Positions 11,401 through 19,083 of a stretch of 29,870 bases of DNA are shown piece by piece (positions within the stretch are counted from its first letter, which is position 1; each line of letters opens with the position of its first letter). The position numbers and the translations under genes are program-made. The stretch covers positions 1 through 29,870 of the forward strand of contig JAEWLZ010000320.1 of assembly GCA_023457295.1 (NCBI GenBank). Reading direction: 5' to 3'. The notes beneath the pieces were generated by a model, which saw only the letters and a program-made list of their open reading frames with translations, did not search any database and was not told where the DNA came from. Source of the stretch: Cyanobacteria bacterium OH_PDB_112. GTDB lineage: Bacteria > Cyanobacteriota > Vampirovibrionia > Gastranaerophilales > CAJFVJ01.

Positions 11401-14131
11401 CACAGCCGAACTGTATAGGCAAGAAAGATACAGACAATATACTTATGATGTTGTTACCGGTGCAGGTATGATAAAACCTGATGATAATAATTATAATATG
11501 CAGTATAACTATGGCGGAACTTATGCCAGTGGTGCGGGCCTTTATTATTTTAATTCTGATAATGATAGGCAAACTTTTATAAATTATGTTAACGGAAGTA
11601 CCGATGCATTTGATATAAAATATTATTTTATGTCAAATGCTGAAATTGCAACTAACGATAGATTTTTCCAAGCTTATGAACTTAGAAAAAATGCAGACCC
11701 TTTAATTATAAGTTCTGGCGGTGTTGCCAGTTCAAGACCTGATGATTTGCAATATACAGCTTGGACTAATGGTGGGGATCCTTGGAATTTGTCCGGTTCT
11801 ACCAGAGGAGCGGCTTATGATGGATGGTTTATGTTCAAATCCCAAGAAGACAAAAATAAATTTGATGTTTTCAGAATGGGCGGCGATATAGAAGACGGCT
11901 TTAGTTATTATAAATATGATGGTGTTACATGGGATAAATTTGTTATAAGCAAAAGTACAACCACAACTACAAACTATAATCTTAATGTTCCTTTTGGTGG
12001 TGGAAATCACGCAGGTTCACCTAATACTCAGGGCTTTGAAGTTGTTTGGAGAGATTCAGGTAATATAGATTTTGCTTTTGAAACTGAAGCTGACAGAGAT
12101 AATTTCCAAAAATATCATGACCCCGGTACTTATGGTACTTTGAATAGTCAAGTTGATATTACTTATTATCAAAAAACAGGTCTTAACACTTGGCAGCAAT
12201 ACAGATTGGCTAGCGGTAATCCGACTTATACTGTAAATAATACAAATACTAATATCGCCGGTAGGCCTAATAAAGAAGGATATGACTGGGTAAGCGGCAG
12301 TACAGCATTTTTAAATGCTGCTGATATGGCTTTATACAATGGCGGAAGTCCAGTTGGCGCAATAGATATGTTTTACCAATATAATGGCGGTACGCATGAT
12401 TGGGATGCTTATAGATCTGTCGCTAATCCTATAACTTACAATCGTGCTTATAATAATACCGCATCATTTGTTATGGGTAGACCTGATAATGAAGATTTTG
12501 CGACAATATATAACAATGCCGGAGTTTTCTACGCATTTAAAAGTATCGCAGAGAGAGATACTTTCATAAATGATTTGACTGAATCAGCTCTCCCCGGTGT
12601 AAATAAATATGCTCCGATAGATAGATATTACAGATATGATACTGCTACAAACCAATGGCAAGATTGGAAAATAACTGAAACAGTTACTAAAGTCTATGGT
12701 ATAACCGCAAATACTACTCCTTTAGACGGTGATGTGGGCTTGGATTATAGACCAAATGTCACAGACGGATATTCTTATTTATTGACAATAGGAGCAGGTG
12801 TAAACGCTGGGTCTTATGCATTTGAAACTGCCGAAGACAGAACAAGTTTTTCTAATTTTAATGCAGGTTCAGGTACTGTTAATACTATAAATAATTATTA
12901 CAAATTAAATACAAGTTTGACTGCTCCACATCCTGTTTCAGGACAGCCTATTTATGAGTGGGAGAGCCAAAGCCTTGATTATAACAATCAGGTGGGTTAT
13001 TTAATCGGAAATAATGCAGGCACTGTATCAAATAGTTTTTATTCATTCGGCAAAGCAAACGCTAACTATACATCTGATGGAGTAACTATACTTGGCACTG
13101 CTCAAATTCTGGCAAAAGATGCACCGATGACAACTTGGAATAGTACTACTGTTTGGGATTTTACAACATCAAGACCAACTTTGCGTAATCCAAAATATGA
13201 AGGTAGTGACGAAATAGACCCCGATAATTTGGATACATTGTCGGATGAAACCAAATATACTTTTAGAACTTATGATTCTTATGTGACTAATGATATAAGA
13301 CTCAATACAGCATTAACTTCAACAGGTTCATTTACTATTGCAACACCTGCTTCTGCTCCTGTTGGTTATGATGCGGGCAAAAGACCTCTTGTTGCTACAC
13401 TTACTCTTGCAGGACTTGCAGGCAGATATATTTCAGATATTACTGTTGCGGATAATGCTGATCCAAACAGCAGATTTACCGAAGGTAAAGATTTTGTGCT
13501 TTATACAAATGACAACGGCGCAACATGGCAAATGGATTTAATGTCTTCTGCTATTTATGGAAAAACTCTTAATATTTCCTTTGCCGGGGTTTTGACATCA
13601 TCTGTAAATGAAGTTAATTCAGGATTCAATATTTATCTTGGTGATAACAGAAACTTAAACGTTAAAGATATGAGTCTTGATTTGGCAGGAAGACTTAATT
13701 TTAATTTGACAAGACTTGATGGCTCAAGAGGGACTTTGGATGCGCTAGAAGAAACACTTAATTATATGGGAATCAAAAAAGCACAATTAGATGGTGAAGT
13801 TATTGTTGCTCAAAATGCATTATCAAACAAAACTAGCCAAAAAACTACAATGAATACCGCAACAGGAAATATAAGAAATATAGATGAAGCAAAAGCAAAA
13901 GTGGAGCTTGCTAAAAAACAGCTTATGCAAGAAAAAACCGATAAGATTATAGAAAAATTCTATAACTTGCAGTTGACTGCAATGCAAAATCTATTGCGTA
14001 TCAATACAGGCGGAAACGTTTCCAGTATAGGCAATGTATATCAAGGATTGACAGGCGTAAACAGTCTTTATAACCAAAATCTTATCGATTATACTTACAA
14101 AAATATGTACGATTTGTTTAACGAAGGCTAA
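5423..14131 (+). CDS. Giant flagellin-like protein (flagellin N/C domains, GLUG/beta-helix regions, ~20 internal repeats)
   Basis: N-terminal LETGLKINSAADDPA...NAQNGLTYLQVAQ...TTFNGIQVF; C-terminal IRNIDEAKAKVELAKKQLMQ; many GGLVG/GLUG motifs; TTG start with AGGAG RBS at 5410. Confidence 0.85.
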   Translation: MSSLDPLYQGILYNTVNTSQQEINTLLKQLETGLKINSAADDPANIYVSEALNFEALENAATETNAQNGLTYLQVAQKAYSDIITELNKIKTLADKALTGNYDSIQIADFQNQITASINTIKNIETGTTFNGIQVFNNSNSVGLVNEHMFAITSKEDVIVTTATVISDRGKDYSEYLTNDVSRYNKIDINGEIALVNDDGTIISFNSIHIASKAQFLAVVSGMTLGLGLDKNYVLDTDIDLTGYDTSGKALFQGDFTGTFDGNGHTISNLTINNTEVSVDADKSYFVCDSSTNGPGVGLFDTVLGAVSNLNLSNINISVAGNVHRAGALAGIVENGANIANVSVASATISGGTDSKGLGGLVGFVSNATISDSSANATVTGAWDLGGLAGFVAASTIKNSASSGSVTCNQASAQTANYYYAGSHLDRMVGGLAGVILSSTMDSNRSSSTVTNSFNYTGGISGMLGSSSVTNSYATGNVTGAIGTVGGFSGDIRSNSSISNCYAQNSVSGGWGVGGFYGSNGQAGVSVGSISNCFYDSTRYAGGFGPAADAANWTNYAGISTADISSHSATFNTVTLNWDKIDVWNTAGASPTLNNIGTHAPITVNSSNVTTIENAQQLVSALNGTTVGKTFILLDNIDLSSLGVKDKALITGTFQGTLEGNGYAISNLQINSTTNDNIGLFENLGAASRVQNVILSDFVIKGDLWVGSLAGRNTGGVIDNVAVVDTNVKGNGQVGGLVGWNGASGTITNSFVSGQVSGDSLSYAMGGLVGNLDGGTISRTFANVDVSGSVNIGGLVGLAGTSAAASISESYARGSVTGQTSVGGLVGSLTANGTITNTYTLGTVTGEISTAGLVGNNAGNVSNSYSLSKVVDSTAVFDITQFQVVATGEIVQGMDQRPNDDFSITYTATNFAGAGTIFAFNSVEDFDKFRIFDTTGSAPSDIALFYEKSAGNVWNGRKLQSTERYQYTQTVLTDPPLVGVPIDADGIDYSIIRAVTGANAGTYAFKTEEDYNNFQAYSTNSGTATNSVDKFYRLDAANDRWYLQNLTITPNAQTYSIQVGVGASIDNMPVTPNGTFNVLWSNAGTNYAFASVEDRDAYASNNGSISLFYTENADGTWHSWNQTASFSPQVIAGVTTADDPQDINEHYTYLTSYAGGTYAFASQEDLDKFNGGTPIGEIAKYYAKATGDVSATPWVAYEVTKSVSVTTNYTAGETVSNVQSAPIDNSIYSIIRPVNIWSGTYTFAFSSETDSYNFNDGINLRGVVGECYYKANNGPTVSWQKCSVVPNPTPYNALAPVDLGTPNYAIPEASDGTTYNYIRSYNGDTYAFKNETEYNNYVDRTAPVEVYFKDVLNGTDHTWQKLTTTTTWVNDFATPTGITCYQIPDVVDSDGQLFSYIHKQFVGMGYYNLYAFKSEEEYHRWSDRFTSGYGTDQGADPINYYRKSFDNTDTSTSDWIGFASTFDDSSRPVDISYGGFASRLSLTPTDSSYNVIAQAWGTTTSAFASERDRDLCIAGNQYNGLVEYDYQSDGTWKQYTYTIDTTYHVNNTASFSTSAVPNDPSFNYLVDKSGQLYAFKSAYENTLFDTQNPYNGMEYYTYDGGGTWTLCTNVDIYEGNITSPGTTQFLTPADPSYQFLFGTLAFADAAAIQRYISGPVNMDIYYEQTSSGLWQGYIYNELASSWNTYGAVIGSSVNHNPEYATRYDDGTNTYYFANEQDRDAFITYQTFGELRANTNDFVYYQVTDYGAETAVQEYNFDVRARHQVSTDDTTTSSVPYQDPEYGTVYNDGTNTYYFANEADRDSYVDYAADGVLSSPQTTNDFTYYRFNDAATTPSFDSYNFNVASSTSSSWVAGASVASIPQFEAEYSTRYNDGTNTYYFANAMDMAAYQYYVTNGDAQEGRDNNFVFWQEVSAMGGNPAVERREFKVSDFGVRYDDNTTGVTVVNCRPMDTTYQYQGQNGAWYNNEALATNSTGGYEIDTYSTNFYQPSGFGPTAELYRQERYRQYTYDVVTGAGMIKPDDNNYNMQYNYGGTYASGAGLYYFNSDNDRQTFINYVNGSTDAFDIKYYFMSNAEIATNDRFFQAYELRKNADPLIISSGGVASSRPDDLQYTAWTNGGDPWNLSGSTRGAAYDGWFMFKSQEDKNKFDVFRMGGDIEDGFSYYKYDGVTWDKFVISKSTTTTTNYNLNVPFGGGNHAGSPNTQGFEVVWRDSGNIDFAFETEADRDNFQKYHDPGTYGTLNSQVDITYYQKTGLNTWQQYRLASGNPTYTVNNTNTNIAGRPNKEGYDWVSGSTAFLNAADMALYNGGSPVGAIDMFYQYNGGTHDWDAYRSVANPITYNRAYNNTASFVMGRPDNEDFATIYNNAGVFYAFKSIAERDTFINDLTESALPGVNKYAPIDRYYRYDTATNQWQDWKITETVTKVYGITANTTPLDGDVGLDYRPNVTDGYSYLLTIGAGVNAGSYAFETAEDRTSFSNFNAGSGTVNTINNYYKLNTSLTAPHPVSGQPIYEWESQSLDYNNQVGYLIGNNAGTVSNSFYSFGKANANYTSDGVTILGTAQILAKDAPMTTWNSTTVWDFTTSRPTLRNPKYEGSDEIDPDNLDTLSDETKYTFRTYDSYVTNDIRLNTALTSTGSFTIATPASAPVGYDAGKRPLVATLTLAGLAGRYISDITVADNADPNSRFTEGKDFVLYTNDNGATWQMDLMSSAIYGKTLNISFAGVLTSSVNEVNSGFNIYLGDNRNLNVKDMSLDLAGRLNFNLTRLDGSRGTLDALEETLNYMGIKKAQLDGEVIVAQNALSNKTSQKTTMNTATGNIRNIDEAKAKVELAKKQLMQEKTDKIIEKFYNLQLTAMQNLLRINTGGNVSSIGNVYQGLTGVNSLYNQNLIDYTYKNMYDLFNEG
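8111..12970 (+). repeat. Array of ~20 degenerate 70-90 aa protein repeats, core Y/F-x(n)-G-x-x-Y-(A/Y)-F-x-(S/N/T)-x-x-(D/E)-x-x-x-(F/Y)...YY...W
   Basis: Counted by eye, e.g. TYAFKTEEDYNNF, NYAFASVEDRDAY, TYAFASQEDLDKF, TYYFANEQDRDAF, FYAFKSIAERDTF, SYAFETAEDRTSF. Confidence 0.8.
10533..11066 (+). repeat. Recent triplication within the repeat array
   Basis: The 34-nt ATGATGGAACGAATACCTATTATTTTGCAAATGA is identical at 10533 and 10779, with a diverged third copy at 11034; spacings of 246 and 255 nt are in frame. Confidence 0.85.
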
Positions 14132-14165
14132 TTCTCACAAAAAATTTTAGTGTTAAAATCTTTTT

Positions 14166-15128
14166 ATGCGAAAAGTTTTATTTATTATCGACAAAATTGA
14201 GTTTAAATATTTTGAATTTAATGACCTTGTAACCAATTTTTGGCTTATAAAAGAGTTTTTGGATGCAGGTGATAAGGTTTTTATTTCTACTATTGATAAG
14301 TTGCTTGTGCAAGATTCGCAGGCATTTGCGCTTTGCTTTAATTGTTTTGTAAAAGACGGAAATATTTTCTATGAGAAAACTCATTCAAAAAAACTAATTG
14401 AAAACTTTGATATGGTAATGTTTCGTCCTGACCCGCCTGTTGACGAAAACTATATTTTTGCCACGCATGTTTTTGATTTTGTAGATGAATTAAAGGTTGC
14501 TCTTATAAATAATCCTTGTTCTATTCGTAGTTTTAACGAAAAATTTCATATTAATTATTTTCCTGAATTTGTTCCTAAAAATATAATAACCGCGGATACT
14601 CTTGTTATAAAGGAATTTCTTAAAGTCTGTTCAAAAGCAGTTATAAAGCCGTTAAACAGATGTTTTGGCAGTGGCGTTTTTATTTTGGATAAAAATGATA
14701 TGAACCTTAACACGATTATAAAAACCGCAACAAATGACGGAAATACACCGGTTATGGTTCAAGAATTTTTAGAAAGTGCCAAGTTTGGTGATAAAAGAGT
14801 TTTAACTTTAGGTGATGACGTTCTTGAAGAGTGTATTATTAAAGCCCCTTTGGCTAATGATTTCAAATTTTCCCAACATAGCGATAATTATTTAAAAAAA
14901 GCTGTTTTGACTGATTACGAAAGAGAATTTTGCACAATTGTAGCCCAAAAACTTAACTCTATGGGTATTTGTATGGCAGGGCTTGATTTGTTGGAAGAAA
15001 AAATAATAGAGATAAATATTACGAGTCCATGTTATTTTATTCGTGAGATAAATAATTTGTACGGCATAAAGTTTGAAAAGAAAATTATGAATTATTTGCA
15101 AAGTAAATTCCTTTCAAAAGTTGTATAA
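14166..15128 (+). CDS. gshB: Glutathione synthetase (ATP-grasp)
   Basis: RxDPPVD, NEK, KPLxxxxGxG, GDKRV and EINITSP motifs of prokaryotic GshB. Confidence 0.85.
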   Translation: MRKVLFIIDKIEFKYFEFNDLVTNFWLIKEFLDAGDKVFISTIDKLLVQDSQAFALCFNCFVKDGNIFYEKTHSKKLIENFDMVMFRPDPPVDENYIFATHVFDFVDELKVALINNPCSIRSFNEKFHINYFPEFVPKNIITADTLVIKEFLKVCSKAVIKPLNRCFGSGVFILDKNDMNLNTIIKTATNDGNTPVMVQEFLESAKFGDKRVLTLGDDVLEECIIKAPLANDFKFSQHSDNYLKKAVLTDYEREFCTIVAQKLNSMGICMAGLDLLEEKIIEINITSPCYFIREINNLYGIKFEKKIMNYLQSKFLSKVV

Positions 15129-15188
15129 CTTGACGCAACAACTGTTTTATAAGTTAATATGAGTAAGAAGATTTAAAGGTTTAAAAAT

Positions 15189-15398
15189 ATGAGTAAAATC
15201 AAAATTACTGTTAACGGAAAACAAAAAGAAGTTTTTGCTGATATTACCGTTGATGAATTATTGAAAGAGCTCGAGGTAACAGGTACGATGTTTGTTGTGG
15301 AGCAAAATCTTCAAATTGTAGCCAAAGAAGATTATGCTGCAACGTCTGTAAAAGAGAACGATAATTTTGAATTGGTAGGTTTTTTCGGAGGAGGCTAA
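15189..15398 (+). CDS. thiS: Sulfur carrier protein, ThiS family
   Basis: 69 aa, ITVNG start, C-terminal VGFFGGG (di-glycine). Confidence 0.85.
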   Translation: MSKIKITVNGKQKEVFADITVDELLKELEVTGTMFVVEQNLQIVAKEDYAATSVKENDNFELVGFFGGG

Positions 15399-15423
15399 CT
15401 CTTTCGGCGAATTAGAGGAAAAA

Positions 15424-16503
15424 ATGAAAATTTTAGTAGGACTTAGCGGTGGTGTGGATTCTTCAGTTGCAGCTCTTTTGTTAAAAGAGCAAGGACATGA
15501 GGTTATCGGTGCTACCATGTCAATTTGGGGTAAGGGAGATTTTTTAGTCGACCCTCAAAATGCGTGTAAAGATGCTTGCTATGGACCTAATGAAAAAGAA
15601 GACATAGAAGCGGCGCGTAAAATTGCCGAAGAAATCGGGATTCCGTATCATGTTTTTGATTGTGTTGAACAGTATGAAAAAATTGTTCTTGAAAATTTTA
15701 AAGAAGAGTATCTCGCAGGACGCACGCCAAATCCTTGTATTCGATGCAACAGCTTGATTAAATTTGATGTCTTACCTTTTGTCGCAAGACAATCAGGGCT
15801 TGAATTTGATAAGTTCGCAACAGGGCATTATGCTCGTATAGATTATGACGATTCATTGCAAAGATATATGATTAAAAAGGGTATAAATTCAAAAAAAGAC
15901 CAGTCTTATTTTATTTATCGCCTGAGACAAGACCAGCTTGAAAACATAATTTTCCCTCTCGGAGATTACACGAAAGAAGAAATTCGTGAAATAGCTAAAA
16001 GCCGTGGGCTTGAGGTTCATGATAAACCTGATAGTCAGGATTTTTATGGTGGGGATTATAATGAACTTTTGGGTGTCGAAGAAAAAGAAGGTAATATTGT
16101 CGACAAAAACGGCAATATTTTGGGCAAACACAAAGGCATTTGGAATTATACCGTAGGACAAAGAAAAGGTATCGGTATAGCCGCACCTAAGCCGCTTTAT
16201 GTTTTGGCATTAGATAAAGAAAAAAATGAAGTCATAGTCGGTGAAGAAGATGATACTTTCAAAAAAGGTCTTATTGCGCAAAATCTTAACTGGGTTTCTA
16301 TTTCTGAATTGAATGAAGAAATAAAGGCAACTGCCAAAATTCGCTCAGCACAAACACCTGTTGAGGTTATAGTTCGTCCTGAAGGTAAAGATATTTATGT
16401 TGAATTTTTGGACTTGCAAAAATCAATCACAATTGGTCAATCAGTTGTAATTTATCAAGACGATGTTCTCTTAGGCGGCGGAGTTATCGAGAAGGTTTTT
16501 TAA
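15424..16503 (+). CDS. mnmA: tRNA 2-thiouridylase MnmA
   Basis: SGGVDS PP-loop, GRTPNPCIRCN, ATGHYAR, KDQSYF, YTVGQRKG, GQSVV...LGGG. Confidence 0.95.
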   Translation: MKILVGLSGGVDSSVAALLLKEQGHEVIGATMSIWGKGDFLVDPQNACKDACYGPNEKEDIEAARKIAEEIGIPYHVFDCVEQYEKIVLENFKEEYLAGRTPNPCIRCNSLIKFDVLPFVARQSGLEFDKFATGHYARIDYDDSLQRYMIKKGINSKKDQSYFIYRLRQDQLENIIFPLGDYTKEEIREIAKSRGLEVHDKPDSQDFYGGDYNELLGVEEKEGNIVDKNGNILGKHKGIWNYTVGQRKGIGIAAPKPLYVLALDKEKNEVIVGEEDDTFKKGLIAQNLNWVSISELNEEIKATAKIRSAQTPVEVIVRPEGKDIYVEFLDLQKSITIGQSVVIYQDDVLLGGGVIEKVF

Positions 16504-17456
16504 ATATCTTTTGCGATATTTAGTCCCGCTTGCGTGACAAGTTCTTTGTCTTCATCGGGACTTATACCTGTTGTAGTGAGATAGTTTCCGACTAGAAGCG
16601 CATTAATTCCTGCTTTTATTCCGAGTTTTTGGTATTCTTTAGAAAATCTTGTACTGCGTCCTCCCGCATAGCGCAAAAGTGTTTTTGGAAGTGCTATCCG
16701 AAAAATACAAATTGTACGGAGAACTTCTTCTTCATCAATTTCGTTATGCGCATTTTCAAGAGGTGTACCTTCTATCGGATTCAATATATTTATAGGCACT
16801 GATGTCGGATTCAAGCCTTGAAGTTCAAGTGCCATCTCAACTCGTTGTTCACGGGTTTCGCCCATGCCGATAATTACACCGCAGCAAGCTTCTATGCCGT
16901 ATTTTTGTACAAGTTTTACGGTGTTAACTCTGTCTTTAAAATCGTGAGTTGTGCAGATATTTTCATGAAAAGATTCTGAGGTATTAATGTTGTGATTGAA
17001 TCTTTCCACGCCTGCTTCTTTAAGGCTTTTTGCCTGTTCTTCCGAGATTATTCCTAAAGAACAGCAAGAGTGAAGCCCATCTATTGCAGCCACTTCTCTT
17101 ACCATTTCAAGAATTTTTTCAAAGTCTTCGCCTTCGGGGACTCTGCCGGAAGTTACGATACAAAAGCGTGTCGCACCATTTTGCTTTGCGTCAATTGCGG
17201 CTTTTTTTACTTCTTCTATACTTAAAAGTGGATGCGTATGAATTTTGGCTTTATTGTGGGCACTTTGTGAACAATATTTACAATTTTCTTTGCATTGCCC
17301 CGTTTTTGCACTGATTATACTGCAAAACTCAACATCTCCTGCAAAATTTTCTTTTGTTACTTTGTCTGAAAGTTCTATTAATTCTTCAATTGGTAATTCA
17401 TATAATTTTAATAATTCTTGTTTTTGTTCTTCTTTATTCATTTTTACCTCACTCAC
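16500..17456 (-). CDS. bioB: Biotin synthase
   Basis: CKENCKYCSQS, FNHNINTS, CCGVIIGMGE, VPINIL, RYAGGR, GNYLTT. The start could be GTG 17456 or ATG 17441. Confidence 0.95.
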   Translation of the reverse strand: MSEVKMNKEEQKQELLKLYELPIEELIELSDKVTKENFAGDVEFCSIISAKTGQCKENCKYCSQSAHNKAKIHTHPLLSIEEVKKAAIDAKQNGATRFCIVTSGRVPEGEDFEKILEMVREVAAIDGLHSCCSLGIISEEQAKSLKEAGVERFNHNINTSESFHENICTTHDFKDRVNTVKLVQKYGIEACCGVIIGMGETREQRVEMALELQGLNPTSVPINILNPIEGTPLENAHNEIDEEEVLRTICIFRIALPKTLLRYAGGRSTRFSKEYQKLGIKAGINALLVGNYLTTTGISPDEDKELVTQAGLNIAKDI

Positions 17457-17489
17457 AAGTTTATTTTATCTATTTTATCAAAAACAGAT

Positions 17490-17840
17490 TCAGGCGTCAG
17501 TTCTCCCGTAAATGTCTTCTATACGTACAATGTCATTTTCGTCTAATATACAGCCTCGTTGAATTTCTAAAACTTTAAGAGTTTCATCATAGGGATTTTG
17601 CAGCGAATGTATTTCTTTTATATCTATATCTACGTATTCGCCGATTTCAAGGGTTAAAATATTGTCACCTTTTACAACAACAGCTTTCCCTTCCAAAACA
17701 ACCCAGTGTTCTTTTCTGTGATGATGATATTGCACGCTTAGCTTGCTTTTTGGGTGTACCACTATACATTTTACTAAAAAACATTCTCCAGATTGAAGAT
17801 TGGTATAGTAACCCCAGGGACGTATATGTTTTTCCTGCAT
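17490..17840 (-). CDS. Phosphomannose isomerase type II C-terminal cupin protein
   Basis: RPWGYY, LSVQYHHHRKEHWVV, EIQRG, DIVRIEDIYGR. The probable start is ATG 17840 with AGGA RBS rather than 17927. Confidence 0.88.
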   Translation of the reverse strand: MQEKHIRPWGYYTNLQSGECFLVKCIVVHPKSKLSVQYHHHRKEHWVVLEGKAVVVKGDNILTLEIGEYVDIDIKEIHSLQNPYDETLKVLEIQRGCILDENDIVRIEDIYGRTDA

Positions 17841-17901
17841 TTTTTGTCCTTTTGTAACTATTGATAATATAATAATTATACAACGTATTTGGAATTTTAG
17901 A

Positions 17902-19083
17902 ATGAATAATGATTTTGATGAAAACAAAAATAAACAAGCTTTGAAATGTCTGACTTTTGGGCATTTTGTCGTTGATTCGTATTCAAGTTTTATTACTCCT
18001 GTTTTGCCTTTTATTGCCTATAAAATCGGTATAAATCTTACTATGGCGGCAAGTGTTATTAGTATTTCACATATTTTATCTTCAATGTCACAGCCTATTT
18101 ATGGTTTTGTTGCGGATAGAATGAAAAAGAGGTTTTTTGTTTTTTGGGGAATGGTTCTTTCCTGTATTTTTCTTTCTATGACAGGGATTGCCACAAGTTA
18201 TCTTCAGCTTGTAGCATTTTTGGTTTTAGGAAGTATAGGAAACGGTTTCTTTCATCCACAAGCTACAGGGATGATAAATTATTTCAGTACGCGTGAAATT
18301 TCTAAAAGTATGGCTCTGTTTATCGCTGCCGGAACACTTGGATATTCTATCGGTCCTTTGATTTCATCTACTGTGGCACATGTGTTTTCATTGGAGGCAT
18401 TGCCTTTTACTTCAATAACAGGTATTATAGCGGCAATTTGTGTCTACAAATTTGTGCCGCGTCTTTCCGCTTTGCCGATAAAAGAACGCCCTAAAGAGTC
18501 ATTTTGGAAAGTCACAAAATTTATTTTTACAAATAAAACTCTTTTGATTTTGATAATAATTTCGATGCTCAAATCACTTACTATTCAATCATATTTCATA
18601 TTTTTGCCGTTTTTGTGGAAAGGACTTGGTTATGATGTTTCGCAAATTGGATTTGCATTGTTTTCCTTTTCTTTTTTGGGAGGAATAGCGACTTATTACA
18701 GTTCTCGCCTTGAACATAAAATTGGTACAAAACGAGTTTTCTATATTACTATGATGAGTGCTTTGCCTCTTACTATCGCTTATACTTTGACTTATAAGGC
18801 TTTTGTACCTGCTTCTTTTGTCATTTTTGTTTTGGTTGGAATTGTTTCAATGCTTTCTACTTCTGTAAATATGACACTTGCTCAAAATACTGCTCGGGAG
18901 CACAAAAGTATGATTTCTGGTTATATAGGCGGATTTAGCTGGGGAACAATCGGGGTTTTGTTCACTCCCATAAGTTTTGCGGCACAGCATATAGGTATTA
19001 TGAATATGCTTCTTATAATAAGTGCAATACCTTTTATTTGTTCGTTTTTGGTAAAATACTTGCCGGAACCTGAAGAAGTTTAG
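17902..19083 (+). CDS. MFS transporter (Fsr-like)
   Basis: HFVVDSY, QPIYGFVADR, FFHPQA, GTLGYSIGPL; about 12 hydrophobic segments. Confidence 0.85.
   Translation: MNNDFDENKNKQALKCLTFGHFVVDSYSSFITPVLPFIAYKIGINLTMAASVISISHILSSMSQPIYGFVADRMKKRFFVFWGMVLSCIFLSMTGIATSYLQLVAFLVLGSIGNGFFHPQATGMINYFSTREISKSMALFIAAGTLGYSIGPLISSTVAHVFSLEALPFTSITGIIAAICVYKFVPRLSALPIKERPKESFWKVTKFIFTNKTLLILIIISMLKSLTIQSYFIFLPFLWKGLGYDVSQIGFALFSFSFLGGIATYYSSRLEHKIGTKRVFYITMMSALPLTIAYTLTYKAFVPASFVIFVLVGIVSMLSTSVNMTLAQNTAREHKSMISGYIGGFSWGTIGVLFTPISFAAQHIGIMNMLLIISAIPFICSFLVKYLPEPEEV

Noticed and set aside
16500..19083. 4-nt convergent stop overlaps (mnmA/bioB and MFS/speB)
   Set aside because: Common in compact AT-rich genomes; no further signal.
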